NCBI GenBank assembly: GCA_963674865.2
Contig: CAXXYE010000002.1
Location: forward strand, 96,001 to 160,000
Direction: 5' to 3'
Source: Candidatus Hydrogenedentota bacterium
GTDB lineage: Bacteria; Hydrogenedentota; Hydrogenedentia; Hydrogenedentales; SLHB01
DNA: 64,000 bases
Position numbers and translations under genes: made by a program. The notes beneath the pieces were generated by a model that was given only the letters and a program-made list of their open reading frames with translations, had not been told where the DNA came from and searched no databases. This document shows positions 39,866-50,373 of this stretch, piece by piece. Position 1 is the first letter of the stretch; each line of letters begins with the position of its first letter.

Positions 39866-39920
39866 GGGATGTGACTCAGAACTCACTGTATGTCAACACA
39901 TTACGAGCCCTTGTCAGGGC

Positions 39921-39943
39921 GCTTGCACCAATGCTTGCACCAA
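39921..39943. repeat. Tandem 11-bp direct repeat, candidate integrase arm-type sites
   Basis: GCTTGCACCAA-T-GCTTGCACCAA, 55 bp from the tRNA fragment. Confidence 0.55.
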
Positions 39944-40207
39944 AGACGATCATACCAAAGGACAGGACTGCTTTCTATCCGTCGTCCAGCTAATTCGCGA
40001 GATGGGGCCTAAAGACAGGCGCTTGTTGAGGCAGTTTTTGAATGTTGCATGCGAAGGAGAGGGTTGAGCTTGCTAGATGCTGCTCGGCGTGCAAATATGT
40101 CTGGTGTGCGTGCCCGCGGCGAGGACCTCACGCTCCGTGGCCCGGGATTGGAATGCGGCGGACATCTTAGGGAGAGGATACCGGAACAGTTGGCAAGGAG
40201 GGAACTG

Positions 40208-40999
40208 ATGCCCCATTTGCGGCAGACACAAACCATACTCGGGGTGTTTGCGCATCCCGACGATGATGTTGTGCTCGGACCCATGTGGGCCCACTACGGT
40301 CTACGCGGCGTCAAGGTCTACCTCGCCTTCGCCACCTCCGGTGACCAAGGAGCGACAGCCCACGCGCGCATTCCTGCCGGAGCCGAACTAGCTGCTGTCC
40401 GGGAAAGGGAGGCCCAAGCAGCATGCAAGGCCTATGGTATTGAAGAACCCGTGTTTTTCCGGCAGCCGGACCGCGGGGTAGGCCGGAAAGAGAACAGGGA
40501 AGCGATCCTCAGGGGCCTCACCGGCCTGATTGAGAGTTTGCGGCCTTCGGTCATTGTCACCTTTGGGCCAGAAGGGGTAACGCATCACCCTGACCACCTG
40601 GCAATAGGCAATCTGGTGTCGGAAGTCTTCCAGCGATGGCGGCAGGGGGAAGGCCATCTGGAAGCTCCGAGAAAACTCTACTACGTTGTCTTCCCTCCCG
40701 GTCAGTTTCTCATCGACTCTTCAGAATGGAAGCAGAAGTACTCTCCTTGGGTAGATACGGAACTCATCTCGACGGAGATTGACGTTGCCGATGGTGCGGC
40801 CGGCGCGGCTGAAGCGCTGCAATGCTATCAGAGCCAATTCTCTCCACAAACGATGAGAACCATAGCGAAAGCCTGGGCCAACGCTCTCATGGGAAAGGCG
40901 TATCTTCGGCTTGCCATGTCGCGGGAAGAGACAAGTTGTGAACGCGACCTACTGTTGCGCTCAGTCAACCTCCCAACACCCCGTTCCAAGAGCACATGA
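40208..40999 (+). CDS. PIG-L/LmbE family deacetylase
   Basis: AHPDD, TSGDQG, REREAQAA, HPDH, YQSQ. Confidence 0.85.
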   Translation: MPHLRQTQTILGVFAHPDDDVVLGPMWAHYGLRGVKVYLAFATSGDQGATAHARIPAGAELAAVREREAQAACKAYGIEEPVFFRQPDRGVGRKENREAILRGLTGLIESLRPSVIVTFGPEGVTHHPDHLAIGNLVSEVFQRWRQGEGHLEAPRKLYYVVFPPGQFLIDSSEWKQKYSPWVDTELISTEIDVADGAAGAAEALQCYQSQFSPQTMRTIAKAWANALMGKAYLRLAMSREETSCERDLLLRSVNLPTPRSKST

Positions 41000-41135
41000 C
41001 GAGACTCGCAACGAACGGTCCATCTCGAGCACCTTCGTCGCTAACTCTCCAGCATGCTCCTGCGCGCACGTTGGCAAGTCCAAGGCGGGCGTAGTCCGCG
41101 GAGGCTTGAATCCAGGGGGGCACAATCATAGGCGC

Positions 41136-41370
41136 TGTCGGATACCACACGTCCTTGCACCCTCGCGCCGGTCCTAAGCTGCGGAAGGAAATGGTATGGA
41201 ACGATTCTTCTTCTCTGTCTTGTCCCTGACTCTACAGTGGTTTCGACCTCGCTACGATGCCCAGCATTGATTCTTGGAAGTGCAGATTCGGATTCTGCGC
41301 TCCCGGACTGACGCGATCCGTGTTGTCCCAGCTCCGAAGGACAAAGCTGTGCGCGGCGCCGTAGAAGTGA
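41136..41370 (+). pseudogene. Degraded 5' fragment of an integrase-core-type transposase (tentative)
   Basis: MERFFFSVLSLTLQWFRPRYDAQH*FLEVQIRILRSR..RVVP with an internal stop, preceded by TGT and cut off by the IS200 remnant; family recognised from memory only. Confidence 0.35.
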
Positions 41371-41372
41371 AG

Positions 41373-41491
41373 CAGGTGGATATGCTGCGCTCGACAAGGA
41401 TGGTGTCTTGAACGCTGGAGCGAAATAGCCCCCGCGCAGCCGCTTTGAGTGGCTCGCACGGTAATACCCTTGGCTCTAGGCGGATACATAC
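41373..41491 (+). mobile_element. IS200 right-end remnant
   Basis: Aligns by eye to 35700-35829 (CCCCGCGCAGCCGCTTTGAG.GGCTC.CACGGTAA..GATAC.TAC). Confidence 0.8.
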
Positions 41492-41532
41492 AGAGCACAC
41501 CGCGAACCGAATTCGTCCTTCATCCTGGCGCA

Positions 41533-41691
41533 CTACTCCGGAGAGAAGTGCTCCTTGGATACGCCACAGACTGGGCAGACCCAATCGTCCGGCAAGTCTT
41601 CAAACGCTGTACCAGGCTGAATACCGTTTTCTGGGTCACCCAGGTTCGGGCTGTACATGTAGCCGCATCCGTTGCACAAGTAAGCTGTCAC
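41533..41691 (-). CDS. Rubredoxin
   Basis: [36 protein letters not shown]. Confidence 0.9.
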   Translation of the reverse strand: MTAYLCNGCGYMYSPNLGDPENGIQPGTAFEDLPDDWVCPVCGVSKEHFSPE

Positions 41692-41942
41692 GCTACAAGG
41701 TCTCCTCGCCTTCACGGCATGAAACTCATGACTCCACTCTAACGCTGCAGAAGCTAACACGTTTTGTCAGAAGGCTGCAGCGAGTTTTCTTGGTCGCCGT
41801 GGCTTCTTTCCTTTCCTGGCTTGCCCAGCTTCGAGCGTCGAAAAAACGTGGCCCGGTGCGCTACACCGCTACGAATCAAGAACCTAGTATCCAGTAATCT
41901 ATCCGCGTCGGTGATCAGTTCAAAGGCCTCATTTCTTAAGCG

Positions 41943-44900
41943 TCAGGGAATCAATACGATCTTCACCGTGTCTGCTACGCTTTCCAAGACGCCATCGCTC
42001 ACTATTAGCTGGAAGAATAGCGTGCACGGACGGTCCGTAACGATGGTAGGACTGACAGCGTAAGGGTCCGAGATAGTAATTTGCTGGCACGTTCCAGCCG
42101 ATTTGAGGCTCCAAAAATACATCAGCGCATCGCCGTCCGGGTCGTAACTTCCACTGCCGTCCAATTGGATCGTGTCGCCAACACGGAGCCGTTGGTCGGG
42201 TCCGGCGCTCGCTACGGGACGACTATTGACCGTGCTAATCTCGACCGTGTCAGGCGCGCTGTCCAGCATGCCGTCGCTCACGACTAACCCCACGACGTAT
42301 TCCCCGGGAAGGTCGATCGTAAACTGTGGTTGGACCGCCGCCGAATCGTCCAGAACGGCCGTGCTTCCCGCTGGTCTGGACACGAATGCCCACAAATACG
42401 CCAGGGGGTCTCCGTCCGCATCGTAGCTGCCGCTGCCGTCCAGAGTAACCGTTTCGCCGATGTCTTCCGTCTGGTCAGGCCCGGCGTCAGCGACAGGCCG
42501 GCTGTTGATAGTGCTGATCTCTACGGTGTCCGGGGCACTGTCCACCGTGCCATCATTTACGATGAGTTGTGCGATGTATTCACCGGGTAAATCGATCGTA
42601 AAACTTGGGGTTACCGCCGTGGGGTCGTCAAGCATTGCCGTGCTCCCGGCAGGTTTCGACACACAACTCCACGAGAACGCCAGCGAGTCTCCGTCGACAT
42701 CGTAGCTGCCGCTGCCGTCAAAGGTGATCGCCTCGCCCACGAGGGCCGTCTGGTCGGGTCCCGCATCGGCCACGGGCGGGCTGTTAATGGTGCTGATAAT
42801 GACGGTTTCCGGGGTACTGTCTTCTTGACCGTCATTGACGATGAGCTGGCCGATATACGTGCCCGGTAAATCAATAACGAACGTCGGGTTCACCAAGGTG
42901 GGATCGTCAGCCACGGTCGTGCTGCCCGCCGGTTTGGAGATACAGGTCCATGAGTAGGTGATCGAGTCGCCGTCCGGATCGTAACTACCGCTGCCGTCGA
43001 GGGTAACCGTGTCGCCGACCAGTCGGGTCTGGTCGGGTCCGGCGTCGGCCACTGGCGCGCTGTTCGTGGTCGTGACGTGCACGTTGTCCGGCGCACTGCT
43101 TACGGTGCCGTCTTTCACGACCAAGGTAAGGATGTATGTGCCTGGCAAGTCAATGGCGAACGTGGGGTTCACCGCTGCGGCGTCGCTGAGGCTGGCGGTG
43201 CTGCCGGCGGGCTTGGACTCGAAGCTCCAAACGTAGGAGATCGAATCGCCATCCACGTCGTAGCTACCGCTGCCGTCCAGGGTGACGGTGTCGCTCACCA
43301 GCCGGGTCTGGTCGGGCCCCGCGTGGGCAACGGGCGCGCTGTTCACCGTCGAAATAATGACCGTGTCCGGGGCGCTCTTAACGGTACCGTCGTTCACGAT
43401 GAGTTGGCCGATGTACGTACCCGGAACATCAATGACGAACGTCGGGTTCACCAACGTGGGACCGTCTGCCGTCGCGGTGCTTCCCGCCGGTTTCGAGATA
43501 CAACTCCACGAGTAGGTGATCGAGTCGCCGTCTACATCATAGCTGCCACTGCCGTCCAACGTGATCGTCTCGCCCACGAGCGCCGTCTGGTCCGGCCCGG
43601 CGTCGGCCACGGGCGGGCTGTTGCTGGTTGAGATCTCGACGGTATCGGGCGTGCTTGCCACGACGCCGTCGTTCACGATCAACTCGAGGACGTAGAGGCC
43701 CGGAAGATCAATGACAAAGACGGGATGGACCGCAGCTGGATCGTCCAGCGTGGCGGTGCTACCGGTGGGCCTCGACGTGAAGCTCCACGCGTACGTCAGC
43801 AGGTCGCCGTCGGGGTCGTAGCTGCCACTTCCGTCCAGCGTAACCGTGTCACTGACGAGGCGCGTCTGGTCCGGTCCCGCGTCCGCGCTCGGGGCGCTGT
43901 TCTCGGTATTGACGAGCACCGTGTCGGCAACGCTGTCCACGGTACCGTCGTTCACGACCAACTCGAGACAATATGTTCCGGGTACATCTACCGAGAACGT
44001 GGGATTCACGGCCGCAGGGTCGTCCAGTGTCGCCGTGCTCTCTACAAGAGCACTGACCTCGATGGCGGAGATCTTCGGATTCTCGACCTCGTGAAAGAAG
44101 TCGATATCCAGAGAGTTGTCGGTGACAGTCACGTGAAACTCCTCGATGGTGGCGACCCGGAAACCCACGCTTGACAGGAGGTCGTAGTCATCCAACACAA
44201 GCTGCCCCTCGATGGCCACGTCAAAGATTCTGGGGTTTGCGGGCGTGATCCCAGCGAAGATCTCCGCGAAATGGAGCCGGACTGTATAGGTCCCCGGCGA
44301 TACCGGGAAGCTGTACCGCGTGTTCGGGTCGGCCGGGCGATCAAAGCGCTCGGTTTGATACAGGGCCGGGTCGTCCGTGCCGCCGATTCCCGCGGCGACC
44401 GAGTATGTATGACCGGTATTGTAAAAACCGGTGTCGGGCGCCCAGACCTGTCCGTTGGTGTCCGTATACGCCGGCCCGCCCGCGTTGACGCGGTACAGAA
44501 CGTTCTCGCCCTGGGGTATGCAGGTGAAGGACCACAAATACGTGATGGTGTCTCCGTCGACATCGAAACTGCCGCTGGCGTCCAACACGACGTTGCCGCC
44601 GACAGGAGCACTCTGGTCGGGCCCTGCGTTCGCGACGGGCGCACTGTTGGCTGTGTTGACCCGCACGGTGTCGGGCCCGCTGTCTTCAGTCCCGTCGTTG
44701 ACTACAAGTTCAAGGACATATGCGCCTGCCCGATCTACGGTGAAAGACGGAGTAACGGCGGTTGGATCGTCGAGTGCGGCGGTACTGCCTGCGGGCGTCG
44801 AGGTAAAACGCCAGGCGTAGGTCAGCGGTTCGCCGTCTACGTCAAAACTGCCGCCGCCGTCCAACACGACGGTGTCGCCGAGGAGAGGCGTCTGGTCGGG

Positions 44901-47900
44901 GCCGGCATCGGCGACGGGGGCCCGGTTCTGTGTAGTAATTGTCACGGTGATGGGGGTGCTCTCGACAATCCCGTCGCTCACGACGAGCTGCACGACGTAT
45001 TCGCCCGGGACATCGATGCCGAATGAGGGCGTGGGCGCTGTTGAGTCATCGAGCGCCGCTGCGCTTCCTGCCGGAATCGAAACCAGGGTCCACGTGTAGG
45101 TCAACGAGTCATTGTCAACGTCATAGCTTCCCGTGCCGTCAAGATGAACCGTATCAACCAGGAAGGCCGTCTGGTCCGGGCCGGCATCGGCGACGGGGGG
45201 ACTATTGAGCGTGACGATCTCGACCGTATCGGGTGTGCCGTTGACTGTCCCGTCGTTCACGATAAGCTGGGCCACGTATGTACCCGGAAGGTCGATGACG
45301 AACGAAGGGTTCGCAGCGGTCACGTCATCGAGGACTGCCAAGCTGCCCGCAGGTTTCGAGCTGAGGCTCCAGGAGTAGGCCAGAGCATCGCCGTCCACAT
45401 CGATGCTTCCAGTGCCGTCGAGCGTCACCGAGTCTCCGACAAGTGCAGTCTGGTCGACTCCGGCATCAGCGACGGGCGGGCTATTTACCGTACTGATCTC
45501 TACCGTGTCCGGTGCGCTGCCGACAACCCCGTCGTTCACGATAAGTTGGGCCACGTACTCCCCGGCTACATCAATTGTGAACTGCGGCGCCACGGCCGTG
45601 GGATTCTCCAGCGCGGCTGTGCTGCCCGCCGGTTTCGAGACCAAGCTCCACGTGTAGGTCAGTGGGTCGCCGTCGAAGTCGGAACTGCCACTGCCGTCAA
45701 GGGTGATCATTTCGCCGACCACACCGGACTGAGCCGGTCCCGCATCGGCTATGGGCGGGCTGTTTAGCAGGCATATCCGGACGGCGTCCGGAGCGCTGTC
45801 AACCGTACCATCGTTGACGATCAACTGCACGATGTACTCACAGGGGAGGTCAACAACAAACGTGGGGCGGACGGAGCTGGGGTCGCTCAGAGTCGCCGTG
45901 CTTCCGGCCGGTTTCGAGATGATGCTCCAGAAGTAGGTCAAGGGGTCGCCGTCAACGTCAAAACTGCCGCCGCCATCCAGTTGTATTGTCGCGCCTATCG
46001 AACCGGTCTGGTCGGGCCCGGCATCGGCCACCGGCGGGGTGTTGACGGTGTTGACCTCGACGGTAACAGGCGCGCTATCCACCATACCGTCGCTCACGAC
46101 AAGCTGCAGGACGTATTCCCCCGGCAGATCGACTTCGAAGGTGGGATTCACCGCGTTCGGGGCGTCCAGCGTGGCCGTACTACCAGCCGGCTTCGAGATA
46201 ATGCTCCACACGTAGGTAAGCGGGTCGCCATCCACGTCAAAACTGCCGCTCCCGTCCAGTGTAACCGTGTCGCCCACAGCAGCGTTTTGGCCAGGCCCCG
46301 CGTCCGCCACGGGATGGGTATTGACGGTGCTGACATCTACCGTGTCGGGCGCACTGTCCAGCGTGCCGTCGTTGACGATGAGTTGCGCGACGTACTCGCC
46401 CGGCACGTCGATCACGAAGGTCGGATTGACCGCCGCCGGGTCACTAAGCGCGGCGGTGCTGCCGGGGGGTATCGAGACCAGGCTCCAAGAGTAGATGAGC
46501 AAGTCGCCGTCGACGTCGGAACTGCCGCTCCCGTCAAGCGTGATAGTCTGCCCGACGGTACCCGCCTGTTCTGGGCCTGCGTCGGCGACCGGGTGCGTGT
46601 TGGCGGTGCTGATGTCCACTGTGTCGGGCGCGCTGTCCAGCGTCCCGTCGTTGACGATAAGCTGCGCGACGTACTCGCCCGGCACGTCGATCACGAAGGT
46701 CGGATTGACTACCGCCGGGTTGCTGAGCACGGCAGCGCTGTCGGGCGGTACCGAGACCAGGCTCCAAGTGTAGGCGAGCGGGTCGCCATCGACGTCGAAG
46801 CTGGCGCCCCCGTCGAGGATGACGGTCTGACCGACCGCCCCTGTCTGCTCGGGGCCGGCATCGGCGACGGGCCGGCTGTTCAGTGTACTGATCTCGACGA
46901 TGTCGGGTTCGCTGTCCAGGACACCGTCGCCGACCACCAGCTCGACCACGTACTCGCCGGACACATCGACAACGAACGACGGGTTGACCGCCGTGGGGTC
47001 GCTTAGAGTGGCGCCGCTACCCGCTGGTGTCGAGACAAGACTCCAGAAGAACGACAACAAATCACCGTCGACATCCGTACTCCCAATACCGTCGAGCACG
47101 ACGGTGTCGCCTACGGCCCGCGTCTGGTCCGGTCCGGCATCGGCCACCGGGCGGCTGTTCTCTGTCGAGATAGTCACGGTGTCCGGCGCGCTATCCACGG
47201 CGCCGTCGTTGACGATTAGGGCCACGACGTAATCCCCGGCCACATCAATGAGAAATGTGGGATTCACGGTCGCCGGGTCATCAAGGGCCACCGTGCTCCC
47301 TGCGGGCGCGGACACGATGCTCCAGCGGAACTCAAGCAGGTCTCCATCCACGTCAAAGCTGCCACTTCCGTCGAGTACGACCGTGTGGCCTACGGCCCGC
47401 GTCTGGTCCGGTCCCGCGTCGGCTACGGGCGGGCTGTTCTCCAGACAGACTCGGACGGTATCCGGCGCGCTGTCGGCCTTGCCGTCATTCACAATCAACT
47501 GGACCACATATTCGCAGATCAGGTCCACCACAAACGATGGGTTCACGGCGGCGGGATCATCCAATACAGCGGCACTGCCATCAGGCTTCGATATGATGCT
47601 CCACCGATAAGTCAGGGCGTCGCCGTCGACATCAGAACTCAGGCTACCGTCCAGGACCACTGCCTCGCCTATCTCAGCCGTCTGGTCCGGCCCGGCATTC
47701 GCCACGGGCGGGCTGTTCACAGTATTGACTTCCACGGTATCGGGGACGCTGTCAACCGTTCCGTCATTCACAACAAGCTGAAGCACATACTCGCCGGCTA
47801 CGTCCAAGAGGAATGAGGGCGCGACGGCGGTCGGATCATCAAGCATGGCGGCGCTACCCGCTGGCTTGGCGGTAAGACTCCATTTGTAAGCCAACGCGTC

Positions 47901-50063
47901 GCCATCGACATCGAAACTGCCCCTGCCGTTCAGGACGATGGCCTGGCCCACCTGTCTGGTCTGGTCGGGCCCGGCGTCGGCTACGGGCGGGCTGTTGATC
48001 GTGCTCACCACGACCGTATCGGGCGCGCTGTCCGCCGAGCCATCGTTGACGATCAGTTGGATGACGTAGGTGCCGGCTACATCCACCGCGAAACTGGGGG
48101 TGAGCGCCCCCGGATCGCCGAGGGTGGCCGCACTACCCGCGGGTCGCGACAGGATGCTCCAAGAATACGCCAAGGGGTCCCCATCCACATCATAGCTTCC
48201 TGCACCGTTCAAGATAGCCGTCCGCCCAACGGCGCGTGTCTGGTTAGGCCCGGCGTCGGCTACCGGCGGACTGTTGGCTGTCGTCACCGCGACCGTATCC
48301 GGAAAGCACTGAAGGACGCCGTCGCTCACGAGCAATTGAAGCACGTACGTGCCGGGCAGGTCAGGCACGAAAGTGGGTCGTATAGCTGTTGTGTTGCTAA
48401 GGGTTGCATTGCTTCCTGCTGGTTTCGCGGCAAGACTCCAGCGATAGCTCAACGCGTCCCCGTTCACGTCATAGCTTCCGCTGCCGTCCAAGGCCACGGT
48501 GTTGCCTACCTGTACGGTTTGGTCCGGGCCCGCGTTGGCGACGGGACGGCTGTTGCCTGAGCTAATGACCACAGTATCGGGCGCGCTGTCCAGTTGTCCG
48601 TCGTTGACGATGAGTTGCAGGAAATAGTCCCCGGAAACGTCGAAGCTGAACGAGGGGTTGATTGCTGTTGGGTCACTTAAGACTGCGGCGCTCCCTGCGG
48701 GTTTCCATGTGAAACTCCAGGCATGGGCGAGCGTGTCCCCGTCCACGTCAGAACTCGCGGCGGCGTCCAGAGTGACAATCTGCCCGGGCGAAGTTGTCTG
48801 ATCACGTCCGGCGTTGGCCACGGGGCGGCTATTAGTCGTCGAGACATAAACCGTGTCGGCCAGGCTGTCCACAATGCCGTCATTGACCACCAACTGCGCA
48901 ACGTAATCGCCCGGCGTGTCGATTACGAAGCTGGGCCTGACGGCGTTGGCATCTGCCAGAATTGCTCCGCTGCCCGTGGGACGCGACTCGAGGCCCCACC
49001 GGTATGTCAGTAAATCCCCGTTCACGTCAAAGCTGCCGCGGCCGTCGAGCATTACAGTGTCGCCGACGGCTCGGGTCTGATCCGGGCCGGCATGGGCGAC
49101 AGGTGGGGTGTTTCCGGTCGTTACAATGACCGTGGCCGGCCGGCTGTCTTCCCTGCCATCATTCACGACGAGTTCCAGGACGTATTCGCCCGGAACATCT
49201 AAGGTGAACATCGGCATCGGTGACCTGGGGTCGTCAAGGGTAGCCGAGCTCCCTTGCGGGCGGGACACAAACCGCCACGAGAATGTCAGCCGATCGCCGT
49301 CGGCGTCCGTACTTCGGTCGCCGAAGAGGGTCACGAGCTCGCCAACGGCGCGCGTCTGGTTCAGGCAAGCATCCGCGACGGGTGCACTGTTGGTGGTGCT
49401 GATGATCACCGTATCCGCGGCGCTGTCCAAGTTCCCGTCGTTGACCACCAGTTCGAGCACATAGGAGCCCCGAGCATCGAGCACAAAGGTCGGGTTTACC
49501 AAGCTCGGATCGCTCAGCACGGCCGCACTGCCTTCTGGTCGGGCCACAAGCCGCCAAGAATAGGCTAGTGGATCCGAATCGACGTCAAAGCTGCCACTGC
49601 CGTCGAGCGCCGTTGTCTCCCCGATAGCGCGCGTCTGATCCGGGCCGGCATCGGCCACGGGGGGGGTATTGGGTGAAGACAGGCAGACGTGGTCTCGCTG
49701 CACGCAAGAGGCCCGCGACCCATCTGAGAAGGTCACGGTCAGGGCAATCGTATAGCACCCCGGCGCCGTATACACATGGCTGACATCCTGGCCCGTGCCG
49801 GTTGCGCCGTCCCCGAAATCCCACAGCCATTCGACGATCCGGATCTGGTTCGGGCTCAGATCGCGGAACTTGGTCACGATCTCGTAAGGCGGGATCGCTG
49901 TCGCGGAGCCGTGGAACTGCACCGTCAGGTCTGGAATCCCCGTCCGCGGGGTCGCCGTGAAAGACACGGTGGCCTGTTGCGGTAAGGGGCATCCGGTTAG
50001 GGCGATCGCCAACAGGGCCAGGAGCACGAGGGTTATACGAGGTGCATTGTGACAAAGTCTCAT
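41943..50063 (-). CDS. Giant surface lipoprotein: PKD domain + 26 PKD/REJ-like repeats + inserted malectin domain
   Basis: Lipobox LTGC; WDFGDG PKD motif; 26 copies of PVADAGPDQ..LDGSGS.D.DGD.L.Y.W (~94 aa); YRVNAGG..LYQTER..RLHFAEI..FDV.IEG malectin. Alternative start 50156. Confidence 0.92.
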   Translation of the reverse strand: MRLCHNAPRITLVLLALLAIALTGCPLPQQATVSFTATPRTGIPDLTVQFHGSATAIPPYEIVTKFRDLSPNQIRIVEWLWDFGDGATGTGQDVSHVYTAPGCYTIALTVTFSDGSRASCVQRDHVCLSSPNTPPVADAGPDQTRAIGETTALDGSGSFDVDSDPLAYSWRLVARPEGSAAVLSDPSLVNPTFVLDARGSYVLELVVNDGNLDSAADTVIISTTNSAPVADACLNQTRAVGELVTLFGDRSTDADGDRLTFSWRFVSRPQGSSATLDDPRSPMPMFTLDVPGEYVLELVVNDGREDSRPATVIVTTGNTPPVAHAGPDQTRAVGDTVMLDGRGSFDVNGDLLTYRWGLESRPTGSGAILADANAVRPSFVIDTPGDYVAQLVVNDGIVDSLADTVYVSTTNSRPVANAGRDQTTSPGQIVTLDAAASSDVDGDTLAHAWSFTWKPAGSAAVLSDPTAINPSFSFDVSGDYFLQLIVNDGQLDSAPDTVVISSGNSRPVANAGPDQTVQVGNTVALDGSGSYDVNGDALSYRWSLAAKPAGSNATLSNTTAIRPTFVPDLPGTYVLQLLVSDGVLQCFPDTVAVTTANSPPVADAGPNQTRAVGRTAILNGAGSYDVDGDPLAYSWSILSRPAGSAATLGDPGALTPSFAVDVAGTYVIQLIVNDGSADSAPDTVVVSTINSPPVADAGPDQTRQVGQAIVLNGRGSFDVDGDALAYKWSLTAKPAGSAAMLDDPTAVAPSFLLDVAGEYVLQLVVNDGTVDSVPDTVEVNTVNSPPVANAGPDQTAEIGEAVVLDGSLSSDVDGDALTYRWSIISKPDGSAAVLDDPAAVNPSFVVDLICEYVVQLIVNDGKADSAPDTVRVCLENSPPVADAGPDQTRAVGHTVVLDGSGSFDVDGDLLEFRWSIVSAPAGSTVALDDPATVNPTFLIDVAGDYVVALIVNDGAVDSAPDTVTISTENSRPVADAGPDQTRAVGDTVVLDGIGSTDVDGDLLSFFWSLVSTPAGSGATLSDPTAVNPSFVVDVSGEYVVELVVGDGVLDSEPDIVEISTLNSRPVADAGPEQTGAVGQTVILDGGASFDVDGDPLAYTWSLVSVPPDSAAVLSNPAVVNPTFVIDVPGEYVAQLIVNDGTLDSAPDTVDISTANTHPVADAGPEQAGTVGQTITLDGSGSSDVDGDLLIYSWSLVSIPPGSTAALSDPAAVNPTFVIDVPGEYVAQLIVNDGTLDSAPDTVDVSTVNTHPVADAGPGQNAAVGDTVTLDGSGSFDVDGDPLTYVWSIISKPAGSTATLDAPNAVNPTFEVDLPGEYVLQLVVSDGMVDSAPVTVEVNTVNTPPVADAGPDQTGSIGATIQLDGGGSFDVDGDPLTYFWSIISKPAGSTATLSDPSSVRPTFVVDLPCEYIVQLIVNDGTVDSAPDAVRICLLNSPPIADAGPAQSGVVGEMITLDGSGSSDFDGDPLTYTWSLVSKPAGSTAALENPTAVAPQFTIDVAGEYVAQLIVNDGVVGSAPDTVEISTVNSPPVADAGVDQTALVGDSVTLDGTGSIDVDGDALAYSWSLSSKPAGSLAVLDDVTAANPSFVIDLPGTYVAQLIVNDGTVNGTPDTVEIVTLNSPPVADAGPDQTAFLVDTVHLDGTGSYDVDNDSLTYTWTLVSIPAGSAAALDDSTAPTPSFGIDVPGEYVVQLVVSDGIVESTPITVTITTQNRAPVADAGPDQTPLLGDTVVLDGGGSFDVDGEPLTYAWRFTSTPAGSTAALDDPTAVTPSFTVDRAGAYVLELVVNDGTEDSGPDTVRVNTANSAPVANAGPDQSAPVGGNVVLDASGSFDVDGDTITYLWSFTCIPQGENVLYRVNAGGPAYTDTNGQVWAPDTGFYNTGHTYSVAAGIGGTDDPALYQTERFDRPADPNTRYSFPVSPGTYTVRLHFAEIFAGITPANPRIFDVAIEGQLVLDDYDLLSSVGFRVATIEEFHVTVTDNSLDIDFFHEVENPKISAIEVSALVESTATLDDPAAVNPTFSVDVPGTYCLELVVNDGTVDSVADTVLVNTENSAPSADAGPDQTRLVSDTVTLDGSGSYDPDGDLLTYAWSFTSRPTGSTATLDDPAAVHPVFVIDLPGLYVLELIVNDGVVASTPDTVEISTSNSPPVADAGPDQTALVGETITLDGSGSYDVDGDSITYSWSCISKPAGSTATADGPTLVNPTFVIDVPGTYIGQLIVNDGTVKSAPDTVIISTVNSAPVAHAGPDQTRLVSDTVTLDGSGSYDVDGDSISYVWSFESKPAGSTASLSDAAAVNPTFAIDLPGTYILTLVVKDGTVSSAPDNVHVTTTNSAPVADAGPDQTRLVGDTVTLDGSGSYDPDGDSITYSWTCISKPAGSTTVADDPTLVNPTFVIDLPGTYIGQLIVNDGQEDSTPETVIISTINSPPVADAGPDQTALVGEAITFDGSGSYDVDGDSLAFSWSCVSKPAGSTAMLDDPTAVTPSFTIDLPGEYIAQLIVNDGTVDSAPDTVEISTINSRPVADAGPDQTEDIGETVTLDGSGSYDADGDPLAYLWAFVSRPAGSTAVLDDSAAVQPQFTIDLPGEYVVGLVVSDGMLDSAPDTVEISTVNSRPVASAGPDQRLRVGDTIQLDGSGSYDPDGDALMYFWSLKSAGTCQQITISDPYAVSPTIVTDRPCTLFFQLIVSDGVLESVADTVKIVLIP

Positions 50064-50373
50064 CGCGAAGGGCCTCCAATCTAGAAACCAGCCTTTCAGC
50101 GCCCGTGGTCCGGCGGGGTTAGCGAACAACCAGGGGACTTCGGGCTGAGATTCCATGACTTATCGTATATCATACTCCGTAGATTAGGGACTTGGCCATT
50201 GCTCAGTTGTCGCCCTACGGTCCTAGCGGCTGCAGGTGGTTTCCAACAGGCGTGGTGAAGCAGGACGCGCCTGTTCCTTGAGATTCCTGGCTGTGGCCCC
50301 TACAATCAGTGAAAGCCCATTCTGGATGGGCGGGGCGGTACATGTGGCAGATGTCGCATCATGGGAAACAATT

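Noticed and set aside
39816..39890. Complete tRNA-Pro gene
   Set aside because: D-arm and 5' acceptor strand are missing; the sequence diverges right after the anticodon stem
41943..49700. CRISPR-like or noncoding repeat array
   Set aside because: The repeats are ~282-bp in-frame protein domains with no spacer structure and no cas genes
50064..50370. c-di-GMP riboswitch upstream of the giant adhesin
   Set aside because: No GCAAAC/GNRA/GCAAAG class I or class II pattern on either strand by eye
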